From contig JBMNEZ010000001.1 of the NCBI GenBank assembly GCA_050949045.1, positions 192,001 to 256,000 of the forward strand: a DNA stretch of 64,000 nucleotides. Reading direction: 5' to 3'. Shown here piece after piece: positions 1-8,657 of this stretch. The notes below the pieces were generated by a model. That model was not told the origin of the DNA. It did not search any database and saw only the letters and a program-made list of their open reading frames with translations. Source of the DNA: Candidatus Izemoplasmatales bacterium (lineage in GTDB: Bacteria; Bacillota_I; Bacilli_A; Izemoplasmatales; Hujiaoplasmataceae). Position 1 is the stretch's first letter. Each line of letters starts with the position of its first letter. The position numbers and the translations under genes were made by a program.

Positions 1-186
1 GTCGGTCCGGAACAAATAACAATTCTTACGGTACTTCTCATTGATTTTGATCGCTTTTTTGGCTTTTACCTGAGCCTGTATCAACTCGTCGTACTCTTTT
101 TTTGTTCCGTTCCACCAGATGATTTTGTCCGGTTGGCACCAGGCTGCGGTCTCATTGATCCAATTTTTAAGGTGCTTGTTATTCAT
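1..186 (-). CDS. pckG: GTP-dependent phosphoenolpyruvate carboxykinase, N-terminal part (runs off window edge)
   Basis: Not in ORF track. Manual translation from ATG at 186: MNNKHLKNWINETAAWCQPDKIIWWNGTKKEYDELIQAQVKAKKAIKINEKYRKNCYLFRTD, matching the PEPCK-GTP N-terminus pattern (W..E.A..CQPD.I.W..G...EY..L ... N.YL.R.D). GGGAG RBS upstream. Confidence 0.8.
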   Translation of the reverse strand, partial: MNNKHLKNWINETAAWCQPDKIIWWNGTKKEYDELIQAQVKAKKAIKINEKYRKNCYLFRTD

Positions 187-256
187 TCTGCTGGCTCCCA
201 TCGTTGTTTTTGATCCAGATAATCTAAGAATGATCATACCTTTTTACGGCGAATAA

Positions 257-265
257 TGCTATAAT
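257..265 (+). promoter_or_regulatory. Extended -10 promoter (TGcTATAAT) for the NYN gene
   Basis: TGCTATAAT 24 nt before ATG 289; AAGAGG RBS. Confidence 0.55.
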
Positions 266-288
266 AATTTTAAAAAGAGGCTGATAAT

Positions 289-1038
289 ATGGAAAAAAGT
301 ATAGCATTACTCATTGATGCGGAGAACATATCGCCGAATTACATCGAGATTATCATCGACGAGGCAAACAAGGCGGGCAAAATCAATTACCGCCGGGTCT
401 ACGGAGATTGGACCACGCCCCAACTGAATCCCTGGAAACAAAAAATCAGTGAATTCGGTTTGACACCTATCCAACAATACGCCCACACTTCCGGGAAGAA
501 CGCCTCGGATTTCACACTGGTCATCGACGCAATGGACATCCTTTACTCCGGCAAGGTCAACAGTTTCTGCATCGTCTCCTCTGACAGCGATTTTACGAAA
601 CTCGTCACCAGGCTCCGTGAAGACGATATGTTCGTCTTCGGCATGGGCGAGAGCAAGACACCGATCTCGCTTGTGAATTCCTGTGAGACTTTCGCCTATT
701 TGGATAAAATGCTCGAAGCGAGCAAGGAAAAGGAAGCCAAGGAAAAGAAAAAAGAGCCTGCCACTCCCAAGAAAACAAACAGCAAACCCAAACAAGAGAG
801 TTCGATCACGCCGCTTGCAAAGGTCAAAGCCGAATTAAAAAACATCATCAACGAAAATGCCGAGGATGATGGTTGGGCTTACTGGAGTTTGGTAACTCAG
901 TTTTTGCTTAAAAAGTATCCTGGATTCCATCCGCGGAATTATGGCGACAACATCAAGCCGCTGGCATTCTTCCAGAGGATGAAAGAATTCGAAGTGAAGA
1001 AAATCAACACCGTGATTCATATCCGCAACAAAGAGTAA
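289..1038 (+). CDS. NYN (LabA/DUF88) domain protein with C-terminal OST-HTH/LOTUS domain
   Basis: LLIDAEN, RVYGDW, GKNASD, SSDSDF motifs; Lys-rich linker; C-terminal DGWA...FHPRNYG. Confidence 0.9.
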   Translation: MEKSIALLIDAENISPNYIEIIIDEANKAGKINYRRVYGDWTTPQLNPWKQKISEFGLTPIQQYAHTSGKNASDFTLVIDAMDILYSGKVNSFCIVSSDSDFTKLVTRLREDDMFVFGMGESKTPISLVNSCETFAYLDKMLEASKEKEAKEKKKEPATPKKTNSKPKQESSITPLAKVKAELKNIINENAEDDGWAYWSLVTQFLLKKYPGFHPRNYGDNIKPLAFFQRMKEFEVKKINTVIHIRNKE

Positions 1039-1044
1039 AGAACG

Positions 1045-1067
1045 CATCGGCCCAGCCGATGTTTTTT
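1045..1067 (+). terminator. Intrinsic terminator after the NYN gene
   Basis: CATCGGC-cca-GCCGATG followed by T6. Confidence 0.75.
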
Positions 1068-1348
1068 GTAAGGCGAATTCATCAGATACAGAAGATCAAA
1101 ATAATTGATTTCCGCTCTCAATAATGTCTTTAGAGTTTTTTGGTGGCTTTGATGACAATATTGTGATCGTAAGAATTATTGACATTGAACAAGTCAAAAA
1201 TGTTTTTCCCTATATTTTGTGAAGATGTCGCATATTCCGACTGAAGCGAAGGCGCTTATCGAACCGATCATTCTTGCCGTTCCGGAGTTTATCCACTCCA
1301 AAACCAAAATAGTTGTTTTGACTTTATGTTTCTTTATTTGCACTTTTG

Positions 1349-2281
1349 TCAGTTGTGAATAAGGGTGCCTGCACAGCCTTTAAGAGCGTCGGCCACCTGT
1401 TCTAGGGCGGCGATGATGGCTGTCCTTTTGGTGTTGTTATCGAGAAACAGAAGCGCGGCTTCGATTTTTGGCAACATGCTGCCGCGGAGAAAATGACCTT
1501 CGCTGATCAACTTTTTGAGAGCGGTGGCGCTGATATCATCAATGCTTTGCTGGTTCGGCTGGTTGAAATTAATCTTTACTTTGTCGATCGCGGTAAGAAT
1601 GATCAATGAGTTGGCATCGAGCAAGTCTGCGAGTTTCGCGCTCGCGAAATCTTTGTCGATGACAGCGGGAACACCGACATAACGGTTATCATCTTTGACT
1701 ACGGGGATGCCCCCGCCGCCAACGGCGATGACGATATGTCCGGCTTCGACCAAGGTCCTGATGATGTTGATTTCCACGATGTCGATCGGTTTTGGGCTTG
1801 CGACCACTCGACGATAGCCGCGATTGGCATCCTCTTTCATGATGTATCCGCGCGCCTTTTCGAGTTGATCGGCTGTCTCTTTTGAGTAAAAGGCGCCGAT
1901 TGGTTTGGTTGGATCAGAAAAAGCTATGTCATCGGGATCGACTTCTACTTGGGTGATCACCGTCGCAACGTTTTTATCGATTCCTTGTTTGGCAAGTTCA
2001 GCCTGCAAGGCGTTTTGCAGGTGGAAGCCGATGTAGCCCTGACTCATCGCTCCGCATTCAGGGAAAGGCATCTCCGGTAGATAATTGTCGGTTAAAGGCG
2101 CGGCTTCGAACGCAAGATTGATCATGCCAACCTGGGGACCGTTGCCATGGGTAAGGATGACTTGATGGCCTTCCTTGATCAATTCGACGATGGGCTTGAC
2201 CGCTTGGATGACTTTTTCTTTTTGTTCTTTCGGGGTATTTCCCAAGGCGTTTCCGCCAAGGGCGACGACGACACGTTTCAT
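1349..2281 (-). CDS. arcC: Carbamate kinase
   Basis: VVALGGNAL, THGNGPQVG, PTKPIG, GYRRVVASPKP, GGGGIPV, AVIDKD, GSMLPKI motifs. Confidence 0.95.
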   Translation of the reverse strand: MKRVVVALGGNALGNTPKEQKEKVIQAVKPIVELIKEGHQVILTHGNGPQVGMINLAFEAAPLTDNYLPEMPFPECGAMSQGYIGFHLQNALQAELAKQGIDKNVATVITQVEVDPDDIAFSDPTKPIGAFYSKETADQLEKARGYIMKEDANRGYRRVVASPKPIDIVEINIIRTLVEAGHIVIAVGGGGIPVVKDDNRYVGVPAVIDKDFASAKLADLLDANSLIILTAIDKVKINFNQPNQQSIDDISATALKKLISEGHFLRGSMLPKIEAALLFLDNNTKRTAIIAALEQVADALKGCAGTLIHN

Positions 2282-2589
2282 AGTTTTTCTCCATCAGTGT
2301 GGCGTGTATAAAGGCTTTATTGATAGGCAAACGGTTTCTTATCTATATTTCCGGTGACATACATTGAAACGCTTTACCGTTTTCGCCTTCTTCGGCTTCT
2401 AGTATTTTCAACAGTTTTTCGTGGTATCTCACACCAAAAAAGAATGAGTCTTTTTTGTTAAAAATTATAACATGAAGCTCTTTCAAAGGTATACGTTAAA
2501 AAACCATAATTTCCCACTTGTCGTTTCTTGGGCATGTGTTTTGCATCCATATCCCTTATTTAGTATAATAATAACCGAGGTGATAAAAA

Positions 2590-2982
2590 ATGGCAACTGA
2601 TACAATTCTTACAAAATGGAACAGCGATTTCGAAGGGGTCATGGAAGCCCCTAAAGGCAAGATTCTTCTCGGGGACCAGCCGAGTGGATTATCTCCATAC
2701 AATCTATTGTTTGGGGCCTTGGCATCCTGTTTCTACGCGACCTTTCTTTCGATTGCCGATAAGAAAAAATTGTCTTTCACATCCGCAACCGTTGAAGTTT
2801 CGGGAAAAAAACGCGAAGACAAAATCGCTACACTCGAGTATGTCAAAATGATCCTGACTATCAAGGATGCGAGCGACCAAAAGCAAATATTGAGGAGCGC
2901 TGAATTGGGAGCAGAGTACTGTTCGATCCACGCAACCATCAGCAAAGTCGCTAAAATCGATCTTGAGGTCAGATTTGACTGA
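2590..2982 (+). CDS. OsmC/Ohr family protein
   Basis: SPYNLLFGALASC and YCSIHATI two-Cys motifs; 130 aa. Confidence 0.85.
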   Translation: MATDTILTKWNSDFEGVMEAPKGKILLGDQPSGLSPYNLLFGALASCFYATFLSIADKKKLSFTSATVEVSGKKREDKIATLEYVKMILTIKDASDQKQILRSAELGAEYCSIHATISKVAKIDLEVRFD

Positions 2983-3630
2983 CAGGCTAATGGAAAACCA
3001 GCGAATATTTTTGAGGTCGTTGACACAGAAAGCAAGTTTTGATTTTTTATTAACACGTTTAATATGTCAATTCAAGTTAGAATGATATTTTATTGAAAAA
3101 AGTTCGATCTTTTTACCTTTAAAATCGTATACCGCCAGTTATAGCTTTTAAGCATATCGAATTATAGATAGAAACAATTCTTAAGGCTAACGAAGATAAG
3201 GAAAGATGACGAAAAAAGTTTGCTACTATCATTTGTTTTCGTTAATGATTTTTAATATTCATAGTAATATCCACATGCCTTATCTTATTAGCGGTACCTT
3301 TTATAAATAACTTGTTTTTACCATAACAATAGCGTTGAATTTGATTTAAATGGCATACTTATATTACTTTGAGTTGTATTCCCTATTACATATATGGTTA
3401 GAAAGGAATGATTTAGCGCAGGACTGACATAATCGAAGCTAGTATTCGTATGTTGACAATCGGCATTTTGAAGTTTTTAAAAAAACTGTAAAAGAAACTT
3501 TCGAGGCGCTAATTTCAATAGCCTGTTGGGGCAACACAATAAAAAAAGCCTTTTAACGTTAACGCTTTTATTAAGTCTCAAAATGAAAAATCGCAATATT
3601 TGGACGTCAAATGGCAAAAAAACGTCAAAA

Positions 3631-3644
3631 AGAAAGCGTTATCA
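3631..3644 (+). promoter_or_regulatory. cre-like CcpA operator upstream of the opp-type operon
   Basis: AGAAAGCGTTATCA is a 13/14 match to TGWAANCGNTNWCA; ccpA is in the window. Confidence 0.55.
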
Positions 3645-3667
3645 CTTAAAAAAATGTATTTATCTTA

Positions 3668-3696
3668 TTGACTTTGCCATTGCTTTCATATATAAT
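3668..3696 (+). promoter_or_regulatory. SigA-type promoter of the opp-type operon
   Basis: TTGACT-17 bp-TATAAT; AAGGAG RBS before ATG 3744. Confidence 0.8.
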
Positions 3697-3743
3697 ATTT
3701 ATATATTCGAGAAGAATAAATTTTTCACAAGGAGAGAAAAAAT

Positions 3744-5663
3744 ATGAAGAAAATATTAGCTTTGTTTTCCACGTTGGTGCTTGCGGTAACTCTGTTTGCA
3801 TGTCAACAAGTGACAACAACCGTTCCCTTGACCACAGCAGTGCCAACAACATCAGCTCCAACGACAACGGCTGCCCCCCTCAAATATTCTGAGGGCGTCA
3901 AATTTGAAGGCGTCAAGCTTCTTGGAGACTACAAATTCTCGTTGACAATTGATCCTGAGGAACTCCCATATTTCTATGAGACTGCCTATGCTGCTGTCGG
4001 GCCAATGCCGATGCATGTTCTCGCTCCAAGTTTCGCGGTCATCGAGTCTGATGATGATGGCGCGACCTTGGTTGGTGGCTTTGGTAAGATTGATGACATC
4101 ATTGCTCTTGATGGTTATCGCTACTATCCGACTGTTACTGCAGGGCCGTACAAGTTTGTCAGCTTTGTCAACCAAGTTGTCACACTTGAAATTGACCCGT
4201 TATTCAAAGGCGACTTCGAAGGTAACAAACCAGTTATTGAGAAAGTTATTCAAAGAAGAGTTAACCAGACACTTGATGTCGAACAGGTTATTTCTGGTGA
4301 AATTGATCTCGTTACTGGTGTCATCGAAGGTGAGAAGATTGAAGCTGCTCAAAACGCTACTACCGCAAGTGCAGATTACTACACTCGTAATGGATATGGC
4401 TTGCTCGCTATGACTTGCGATTTTGGCCCTACAAAAGATGTCAAAGTCCGTCAAGCGATTGCTTACATCACTGACCGTCAACACGTTGCTGACGTTGTCC
4501 TCGGTGGTTATGGTTCAGTTGTTTATAGCGAGTATGGCTTGGCACAATGGATGTATCAAGAAGCTTCAGAAGACAAAGAATGGGAAGATTCAATCAACGA
4601 ATACGCGTTCAGCATTGACGCTGCTAATGAACTTCTTGACCAAACTGAGTGGAAGTACGAATCCGACGGAACTACTGCATGGGATTCCTCTAAAGCTACT
4701 GCGACAAACGAATACTATCGATATAATGCCGATAAAGAAGTTCTCACAATCAAGCATTTTGGTACCGAAAACAATAATGTTACAACTTCATTGAGAGACA
4801 AGTTCGTTTTGAATATGCCACTTTGTGGTATGAAATACGAAATTACCATTGGCACGTTCGATACTTTACTTAATCACTACTACTTCGGATTTCAACTTGG
4901 CGCCGACAGAACCTATTGCTTGTTCAACCTTGCCACCAATTTTGGTACAAATTATGATCCCTATTATAGTTGGCATAGTGATTGGCTCAATACTTGGTAC
5001 AATGGCCAGGGCATGAGCAATGAAGACCTTGATGAATTGATGGTTTCTATGAGACAACTTGATCCGGAACAAAGAGATGAATATCTTGTGTTATGGAAAC
5101 AATATCAAATTCTCTGGAATGAATTGATTCCAAACGTTCCTTTGTATTCGAACCAATATTTTGATGTTTTTGACAAGAACCTCAAGACCAAAGCTGTTGG
5201 TTATACCGGTATTGGCACAACCTCATTCTTTGATTGGACCGCTGCTATCACGACTATGACATATGAAGTTGACACTCCCAATGACGTTCTTATTCATGGC
5301 GTTCCAGAAATGAACGGTGAGTTTATGTCCGGATTTGGCAACAGTGCTTATGACAACAACGTCAGAAGTTTGATTTATGGCTATGGTACATATGCAGTTA
5401 ATCGTGGTGGTGAGATCGTTTTGAATGAAACGGTTGTTAAAGACCTCGATGTTGTTAAAAACGAAGATGGTTCCAAAACCTATACTTTCACTATTTATGA
5501 TGATCTTTATTGGTCTGATGGTGTTGGAATTACCGCTGCTGACTTTGTGTTTGCGATCCTGTTCTCAGGCTCACAAGAATGGCTCAGAGCTGGCGCTACT
5601 TCAACTGCTGGCGAGGGCTTGGTCGGCTACATGAAATACCATGCTGGTGAACCCAAAGAATAA
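3744..5663 (+). CDS. oppA: ABC transporter family-5 (OppA/DppA-like) substrate-binding lipoprotein, apparently circularly permuted
   Basis: Lipobox LFAC, Thr/Pro linker, TAGPYKF, DVKVRQAI, IPNVPLY. The family-5 signature (TYTFTIYDDLYWSDG..ITAADFVF) is at the C-terminus instead of near the N-terminus. Confidence 0.85.
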   Translation: MKKILALFSTLVLAVTLFACQQVTTTVPLTTAVPTTSAPTTTAAPLKYSEGVKFEGVKLLGDYKFSLTIDPEELPYFYETAYAAVGPMPMHVLAPSFAVIESDDDGATLVGGFGKIDDIIALDGYRYYPTVTAGPYKFVSFVNQVVTLEIDPLFKGDFEGNKPVIEKVIQRRVNQTLDVEQVISGEIDLVTGVIEGEKIEAAQNATTASADYYTRNGYGLLAMTCDFGPTKDVKVRQAIAYITDRQHVADVVLGGYGSVVYSEYGLAQWMYQEASEDKEWEDSINEYAFSIDAANELLDQTEWKYESDGTTAWDSSKATATNEYYRYNADKEVLTIKHFGTENNNVTTSLRDKFVLNMPLCGMKYEITIGTFDTLLNHYYFGFQLGADRTYCLFNLATNFGTNYDPYYSWHSDWLNTWYNGQGMSNEDLDELMVSMRQLDPEQRDEYLVLWKQYQILWNELIPNVPLYSNQYFDVFDKNLKTKAVGYTGIGTTSFFDWTAAITTMTYEVDTPNDVLIHGVPEMNGEFMSGFGNSAYDNNVRSLIYGYGTYAVNRGGEIVLNETVVKDLDVVKNEDGSKTYTFTIYDDLYWSDGVGITAADFVFAILFSGSQEWLRAGATSTAGEGLVGYMKYHAGEPKE

Positions 5664-5722
5664 TAAAATCCACTGTTTTGCTTAATAAGTGATTCTTTGA
5701 AAGAGTATTTTCGATGAAAAAA

Positions 5723-5756
5723 AGGGAGAGTAGCACCTATACTCTCCCTAGTTTTC
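5723..5756 (+). terminator. Stem-loop between oppA and oppB (partial terminator or mRNA stabiliser)
   Basis: AGGGAGAGTA-gcaccta-TACTCTCCCT then agtttt. Confidence 0.6.
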
Positions 5757-5772
5757 GAAAAAGGAGAGTACT

Positions 5773-6747
5773 ATGCTAAAATTTTTTGGGAGGAGAATTC
5801 TTTCTTTGATCCCAGTTGTTATTGTGATCTCGATCATGTTATTTGTTATCATGAAAATGATGCCTGGGGATCCAGTAAGATACATGTTGCCTCCCGGATT
5901 GATTCGCGATCCAGAAATATATCAAATGCTCTATGATCAAGCATACACCAAATTAGGGCTTGATAAATCGTTGCCTGAACAATACTTGCTTTGGATGAAA
6001 AAAATGTTTACGGGTGATTTCGGCTATTCTTCTTATTGGCAACAAGAAGCAATAGAAGTAATCAAGGAACCTTTAGTCAATAGCATTTTGATCAATGCAT
6101 TTTCGATTGGAATTGCTTTTCTGATTTCCATTCCAGTTGGCATCAAATCTGCAGTCAAGAAAGATTCGCTCACCGACCGAGGTTGGCAAGTGTTATCTCT
6201 TTTTGGTATGTCGATGCCAACATTTTTTATTGGCTTGACCCTAATCTTTTGGTTTTCGTTGAAATTGGGTTGGTTTCCTTCTGGGGGTATGCCATATGAA
6301 GCGCCAGGAACAGCTGACTTTTACCTTTCCTATCTAAAATACTTGATTTTACCGGTTGTCACCCTCACAATCGGCGCACTTGCGGGAACGATTCGTTATG
6401 TTAGAGGATCGATGCTCGAGGCGCTCAGCAAAGACTATATACGAACTGCCAGGGCTAAGGGATTACGAGAGAAAGTTGTTATTTATACTCACGCTTTCCG
6501 AAACGCTTTGATTCCTGTTGTCACTATTATGTCGTTTTCGATCATAGGTTTGTTCGGAGGCTCTGCAATCACTGAACAAATTTTCGTTTGGAATGGCATC
6601 GGCACCGTGCTGATCAAAGCTTTGAATAATAAGGATTACAATGTTGTATTGTTAATGAATATGTTCTATGCCGTATTGTCTCTTGCGGCAAACATAATAA
6701 TGGATATAAGTTATGCGCTGGTAGACCCGCGTGTTAAGGTGGAGTAG
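5773..6747 (+). CDS. oppB: Oligopeptide-type ABC permease OppB/DppB
   Basis: MPGDP, GLDKSLPEQY, GDFGYS, EAA loop DYIRTARAKGL, HAFRNAL, LVDPRV. Confidence 0.92.
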   Translation: MLKFFGRRILSLIPVVIVISIMLFVIMKMMPGDPVRYMLPPGLIRDPEIYQMLYDQAYTKLGLDKSLPEQYLLWMKKMFTGDFGYSSYWQQEAIEVIKEPLVNSILINAFSIGIAFLISIPVGIKSAVKKDSLTDRGWQVLSLFGMSMPTFFIGLTLIFWFSLKLGWFPSGGMPYEAPGTADFYLSYLKYLILPVVTLTIGALAGTIRYVRGSMLEALSKDYIRTARAKGLREKVVIYTHAFRNALIPVVTIMSFSIIGLFGGSAITEQIFVWNGIGTVLIKALNNKDYNVVLLMNMFYAVLSLAANIIMDISYALVDPRVKVE

Positions 6748-6757
6748 GAGCGAAGAT

Positions 6758-8647
6758 ATGAATACGATAAAGAAAATCTTCAAGTCCTTCACCGAAATGA
6801 TCAAGCGGTTGTTTGTACCGCAAAAGAGCATTCGTAGCATTCTTGAAGAAGAATCAATGTCAAGCCCGGGGAAAATGGTCGCTAAAAAGTTTATCCGCAA
6901 CAAGTTGGCTATCATCGGCATCATTGGTTTTCTGTTTATGCTCTTTTTCACTTTTGGCTTATCATCATTTATTCCTCTTGATCTATTTAGATCAAATGCC
7001 CATCATGCCAATTTGCCACCCAACTATAGTTACTTGAAATTTCCGAAACAGTTGCAAAAAGAGGGTGTTGTTCAAATTGAATCTGGAGTTGCTTTTTCAA
7101 TCGGTTTGTCCGCAGAAGGAAATGTCTTTATTTGGGGATCGAATATCGAAAACATTAAAGAAATTCCTAAAGCTGTTATGAATGCCAATATTGTTTTCAT
7201 TTCTGCGGGCACTAGACATGCTATGGCTGTCGACGACCAAGGCAACGTCTATCTTTGGGGAAAAAATCATATGCAACAAGCACAAATGGACCCTCGCTAT
7301 GCTGAGGCCATCGAAGCTGATCCGCTCATCTACCTTGAAGGTGGTTATGACCGGACTATCGGGATCACTGAATCTGGTTCTACATACATTTGGGGTGTTG
7401 GAACAAAGATTACCGGACAGCCTCTATTGAGATCTCCCTATACCTATAAAGATGATGAAGAGAATGTAATTAAAGCTGTTCAAGCTGTGGCAAACAATAC
7501 CAATATGATAGTCTTGCTTGAAGACGGAACCATTAGGATTGAAGGGTCAAACAGCGATATTAAACGAAAATTTCCAAAAAGTTTAACTGATGGGACTATA
7601 TCAGTTACCAAAGTAGCAATTACTTATGAAAATGCATTTGCGATTGATGACCAAGGCAATCTCTATGCTTGGGGAAGTTCAAATCGTGATTTGATCAACG
7701 TTGAAAACAACCAAGGCCAGGTCATCAAGTACATCCCTGATGAGGCTATGACCAATGTTGTCGATATCCAAACCGGTTATGAACATGCAGTCGTCTTAAC
7801 TAATGATGGTAAAGTATATGCTTGGGGCAGCAATGCCTTGCAGCAATTGAAAGTACCGAAAATGGAGAATGTTGACACCATCTTTGTGGATGCTTATCAA
7901 AACTATGCAGTCATCGACGGTAAGATTGAAACATGGGGTTTAAAGGGCTTCTTGCTTGGGACTGACGAAGCTGGTCGCGACTTTATCGTTCAATTGATCC
8001 ATGGTGGCAAAGTCACTATGACAGTTGGTTTTGTAGCGGTCATCATATCAGTTATTATTGGTACCGTTGTTGGATTGACCGCAGGTTATGCTGGAGGGAA
8101 ACTAGATAATATTTTGATGCGTTTTGCAGAAATCGTTTCATCATTTCCTTTCCTGCCTTTTGCGATTACGCTTTCGGCATTGCTGCTTGAATCGGCAACT
8201 ACGGAAATCCAGAGGATCATAATGATTATGATTGTCTTGGGCGTTCTCAGTTGGCCGGGTTTGGCGCGGCTCATCCGTGGTCAAATTCTGTCTGAACGAG
8301 AATGTGATTATGTATTGGCCGCAAGAGCACTTGGCATTAAGAATAAGCACATCATTTGGAGACACATTTTTCCAGCGGTTACTAGTATCGTGCTTGTCAA
8401 CCTCACGCTGGGATATGCGGGTTCGCTACTTACTGAAGCCGGTCTTTCCTTTCTTGGATTTGGCGTTCAGAAGCCGAGTCCATCGTGGGGAAATATATTG
8501 ACCGTCGCCCAAGACGCCAACGTTTTCAAATTCTATTGGTGGCGTTGGGTTCTTCCGGGAGTCTGCATCATTGTCACTGCCTTGAGTGTTAACTTGATCG
8601 GCGACGCACTTCGGGATGCTATGGACCCGAAGAATAACGAAAGGTAG
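6758..8647 (+). CDS. oppC: Oligopeptide-type ABC permease OppC/DppC with inserted RCC1/BLIP-II-like beta-propeller
   Basis: N-terminal KKFIRNKLA, LGTDEAGRD, ARLIRGQ, EAGLSFLG, PSWG, GDALRDAMDP; seven RCC1-like repeats at ~7064-7939. Start moved to ATG 6758 after AGGAG RBS. Confidence 0.88.
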   Translation: MNTIKKIFKSFTEMIKRLFVPQKSIRSILEEESMSSPGKMVAKKFIRNKLAIIGIIGFLFMLFFTFGLSSFIPLDLFRSNAHHANLPPNYSYLKFPKQLQKEGVVQIESGVAFSIGLSAEGNVFIWGSNIENIKEIPKAVMNANIVFISAGTRHAMAVDDQGNVYLWGKNHMQQAQMDPRYAEAIEADPLIYLEGGYDRTIGITESGSTYIWGVGTKITGQPLLRSPYTYKDDEENVIKAVQAVANNTNMIVLLEDGTIRIEGSNSDIKRKFPKSLTDGTISVTKVAITYENAFAIDDQGNLYAWGSSNRDLINVENNQGQVIKYIPDEAMTNVVDIQTGYEHAVVLTNDGKVYAWGSNALQQLKVPKMENVDTIFVDAYQNYAVIDGKIETWGLKGFLLGTDEAGRDFIVQLIHGGKVTMTVGFVAVIISVIIGTVVGLTAGYAGGKLDNILMRFAEIVSSFPFLPFAITLSALLLESATTEIQRIIMIMIVLGVLSWPGLARLIRGQILSERECDYVLAARALGIKNKHIIWRHIFPAVTSIVLVNLTLGYAGSLLTEAGLSFLGFGVQKPSPSWGNILTVAQDANVFKFYWWRWVLPGVCIIVTALSVNLIGDALRDAMDPKNNER

Positions 8648-8657
8648 GTATTGTCAA

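Noticed and set aside
289..1038. NYN-LOTUS protein as a toxin or defence system
   Set aside because: Common stand-alone family with no antitoxin or defence neighbours in the window.
1289..1297. TTATCCACT near-DnaA box
   Set aside because: Single imperfect copy with no cluster and no dnaA context.
3526..3892. Short ORFs upstream of or overlapping oppA
   Set aside because: They span promoter elements, lack an RBS and have low-complexity AT-driven translations.
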